Shown here: positions 60,575-64,000 of the stretch, one piece after another
Layout of the letters: every line of letters begins with the position of its first letter
Numbering within the stretch: the first letter of the stretch is position 1
Assembly: GCA_030141605.1 (NCBI GenBank)
Contig: JAQGDQ010000248.1
Coordinates: 186,001-250,000 of the forward strand
DNA: 64,000 bases
Direction: 5' to 3'
Source: Tubiluchus corallicola
Lineage: Eukaryota > Animalia > Priapulida
Notes under the pieces: generated by a model
Told to the model about the DNA's origin: nothing
The model's input: the letters and a program-made list of their open reading frames with translations, nothing else
The model's database searches: none
Made by a program: the position numbers and the translations under genes

Positions 60575-61768
60575 GTGAGTAAATGACGCCTGTTGTAAAA
60601 AGGTTGCATTTAGATATGACGAAGTTTCAGTTTTTTATTGAATTTTCTATAAATTTATGATCTGTTGTGTTTGTTGATAAATACCGCAAGCACATTTAAG
60701 TACGAAATTTCACTTATTTCTCAAAATAATTTTTTTCAAGGCTCCTGTTATTGATCTGAAACATTATTAGATTTGAAACGTTTTTGTTCCACAGCATAGG
60801 ACATTACACATCTCATTTTCTAACAGCTGCCACTAGGCCTACGGGGATTTGTTCCCCATAGGTCTAGTGTAGGCCCTACTATTGTCACACAGAAGTTGTT
60901 TTAGCAGCAAGCACCATACTGTTCAAGAAATCTCTTTCATTAATGTGAAAATGACAATTTGCACTAAACTATGACGACCGTATCATAGTAAGCTGAAATT
61001 TATGGGTTTCTTAGCAGCAAGTGTAAATACTGATGAGCCATCATGCTGTGTCAGGAAATAACTGTGCTATCGTTTAATGCGCAATCACTATGTATTTCTG
61101 TTGTCTTTGTTTTAAAAATTCCCACGTCTCTCTGAGCCTCATTGGTTTTTGAGGTTTTAGTAATAGCGTCTGTACTTCCATTGCCTAAAGCGTGTTTAAT
61201 TATCCCACTAAACAGTCATAAGACTTGCAAAAATTGGACATGTGACATTAAATAGCGATAACACTGCAATTATTAACCAGTTTGCAGAAAGAATTCTAGC
61301 CAAAAGGAGGCTTTTTTGTTTGAATTTCGATGAATATGTTAGAAAAGAATGAAATAGATTTTTTTCTCTAAATCTGTGAATATGTAATGAATTGTGCCTG
61401 AATTTCTTTGGGAATCATTAGTACTTTCAGAGCTAACTGTAATTATTGATGCCATACCTTGATGGCTGCTTTGGCAGTTGGTACTGTCAATATTTATTAG
61501 TCATGCTACATTAATGTACTGTGTGTGATTATTTCATTATTTCGTAGTATGTGTGCAGTACTGTATGTGGATCTCCCAATGCATAACTGCAGATTCAAAC
61601 AAGATGTATACATGTATAAGCTCAGCTTCAGTGTTGCCTTAGTTGTTCCTCGGTTGCGCAGCTCCATTTTTTGTTCATTGGCATTGTTCCTTACTGCACC
61701 TCATTGGCCATGTTGTGCTTTGCTGTGTAATTCTTTGCCTTCTGTAAGTCGTTGACAGTGCTACACCT

Positions 61769-62206
61769 TGCTGTAATTCATTGGCATGACATTTCTCCCT
61801 AGGACGTCTAGATGTAGATAACTTCCCTGCTGTAATTCATTGGCATGACATTTCTCCCTAGGACGTCTAGATGTAGATAACTTCCCTGCTGTAATTCATT
61901 GGCATGACATTTCTCCCTAGGACGTCTAGATGTAGATAACTTCCCTGCTGTAGTTCATTGGCATGACATTTCTCCCTAGGACGTCTAGATGTAGATAACT
62001 TCCCTGCTGTAGTTCATTGGCATGACATTTCTCCCTAGGACGTCTAGATGTAGATAACTTCCCTGCTGTAATTCATTGGCATGACATTTCTCCCTAGGAC
62101 GTCTAGATGTAGATAACTTCCCTGCTGTAGTTCATTGGCAGGACATTTCTCCCTAGGACGTCTAGATGTAGATAACTTCCCTGCTGTGTAGTTCATTGGC
62201 AGGACA
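61769..62206. repeat. 59-bp minisatellite, 7 full copies plus a partial
   Basis: TGCTGTAATTCATTGGCATGACATTTCTCCCTAGGACGTCTAGATGTAGATAACTTCCC. Confidence 0.97.
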
Positions 62207-62222
62207 GCTGTACCTTCACTAT

Positions 62223-62625
62223 TAGGTGGACATCCTTAGCAATGTTACTGGTCTATGTAGTTCACTGCTTTAACTTTGCCTGCATCTTCTAGGTGGACAT
62301 CCTTAGCAATGTTACTGGTCTATGTAGTTCACTGCTTTAACCTTGCCTACATCTTCTAGGTGGACATCCTTAGCAATGTTACTGGTCTATATAGTTCACT
62401 GCTAGGACTTCGCCTGCATCTTCTAGGTAGACATCCTTAGCAATGTTACTGGTCTATGTAGGTCACTGCTTTAACTTTGCCTGCATCTTCTAGCTGTAGA
62501 TCTTTAACAATGTTACTGGTCTATATAGTTCACTGCTAGGACTTCGCCTGCAGCTTCTAGCTGTAGATCTTTAACAATGTTACTGGTCTATATAGTTCAC
62601 TGCTAGGACTTCTAGGTGTAGATCC
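62223..62625. repeat. 67-bp minisatellite, ~6 copies
   Basis: TAGGTGGACATCCTTAGCAATGTTACTGGTCTATGTAGTTCACTGC...; units start 62223, 62290, 62357, 62424, 62491, 62558. Confidence 0.95.
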
Positions 62626-63276
62626 TCCGCAAGTGCTACCCATGTTTTTGCCAGTGCAAATCCTTTGCAGTGCTAATCTGTACTGTGTAGCTCTTTGGCT
62701 ACAATACTTCTTGCCTATAAGTTTTCATGAAGATGAAGACCTTAACATTGTTTCTCCTAATCGGTATTACAGTTCTTTGATGTAACTCAGCATCTCTTAC
62801 TGTACCTTCTTCGTAAGTCAGTTTGTGCTTGGAAGTTATTCAACTTCTGCGCTTCTTCAGCAAATGCATACATTATGTATTGATTAAATAGTCGCTAGTG
62901 GTTTCCATCATTGCTGTGTTTGCTTAACGAATTTTATTTAGTAGCTTTGATTATTTCATTACGGCTACGTCAAAGAGACAATAACGGTAATGGACGTTTC
63001 ACGTAGGAAGTCACCCAAAGTCGGTAGGTCTCCCTAGATGTCATACGTACATTAAAATTTTACGACAAGTTAACTTCGTATCAAGATGACGTGAATCTAA
63101 CAGAATGGGACGCCGACTGCTTAGACTTGGAGCCTGTTTTTGGATTTCGAAATTGCACAAGCTATATCAATCTGCAGTTAACTACATCCTAATTTTAAAA
63201 CTATCGATTAATGATGGAACGTTAATATAGCAATATTGCTGTCGCGGTAAGTTATTAGGATAGAATAGGACTCAAG

Positions 63277-63351
63277 GGACTGTGTGGTCTAATGGTTAAG
63301 GCGTTCATCTTCTAACTTAATCGAGCTAGTTCAAATTCTGTCTCCGTTCCA
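63277..63351 (+). pseudogene. tRNA-Arg-like pseudogene or SINE head
   Basis: A-box TGGTCTAATGG, D-arm ...TAAGGCG, CTTCTAA loop, B-box-like GTTCAAATTC; anticodon and T stems pair poorly. Confidence 0.5.
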
Positions 63352-64000
63352 TTTTTCACATTTCGTTTCTTGTGGCTACATTTCTGTCAAACTAAATGGC
63401 TATTTTTTCCCCAAATATGTCTAAATGAGAATTTTAGAGAGTAAAATATGGCTGCGAATATTAACTGACTAATAAACTTGAATACACGCATAGCTTACGC
63501 ATGCGCATTAGAAATTGTCTCTTCTATCCTGATACATAATTCAGTGACATAATGTACAAACAGTCATAATGTAATGAAAATACTATTTTAATATTTGTCT
63601 CATCCCAGGCAAGCAGTTTTGAATGATACCGAATCAAGTATATTTTTTTACAAAAAAAAAATTGAGGTTTATGGAAACCAATGTACTCAAGTAATATTCT
63701 TGTTAAGGCCTGGCGTAATTTCCATTCATTTATCATACACGTATTTTGAAAGTCCCAAATATCGATCACATTCTGACAAAGTTTCTGAGTTGAAATTTCG
63801 CCAAACCTGCAAAACTCGGGAAATAATATTTTTCCGAAATGTCAAAGAACTGTCTTGCCAATTACCGAGTTTGGTAATTTTCCTGTGAAATATGACTCGG
63901 TCATTAATATTATCGTATGACAACTTCTTACAGTCGTAAAACTGCTCGCTGTCTATGGCGCTGAATCTGTTCGCACTTGATAACGCTCGATCTGATATAA

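Noticed and set aside
63277-63351. Functional tRNA-Arg(TCT)
   Set aside because: Anticodon and T stems do not pair properly; kept only as a pseudogene or SINE head.

Overview
AT-rich, intron-rich eukaryotic DNA, most consistent with an invertebrate animal. No prokaryotic features or CRISPR arrays were found. Three spliced genes were reconstructed by hand from GT-AG boundaries and codon phases. (1) An ABCC4/MRP4-like transporter on the minus strand (13 exons, ATG at 24347, running off the window start after NBD1), whose NBD1 motifs are strikingly non-canonical: signature LTDVQ, X-loop deletion, Walker B Glu, H-loop Ser. (2) LIPT2 octanoyltransferase, minus strand, 2 coding exons, 231 aa. (3) ECT2 RhoGEF, plus strand, 13 exons seen (BRCT region and DH domain), continuing past the window end, with a 13.5-kb intron holding a promoter-like motif cluster and a perfect 75-bp palindrome. 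Introns and intergenic DNA carry many transposon relics: a Harbinger end with a MADF pseudogene, TTAA/Kolobok-type, hAT, Tigger/pogo and Harbinger MITEs, a Tc1 transposase fragment, three LINE fragments, and tRNA- and 5S-derived SINE-like pieces. There is also a 34-bp satellite built from a MITE end, a compound 59/67-bp minisatellite and several microsatellites. All calls are by eye; no database searches were run.
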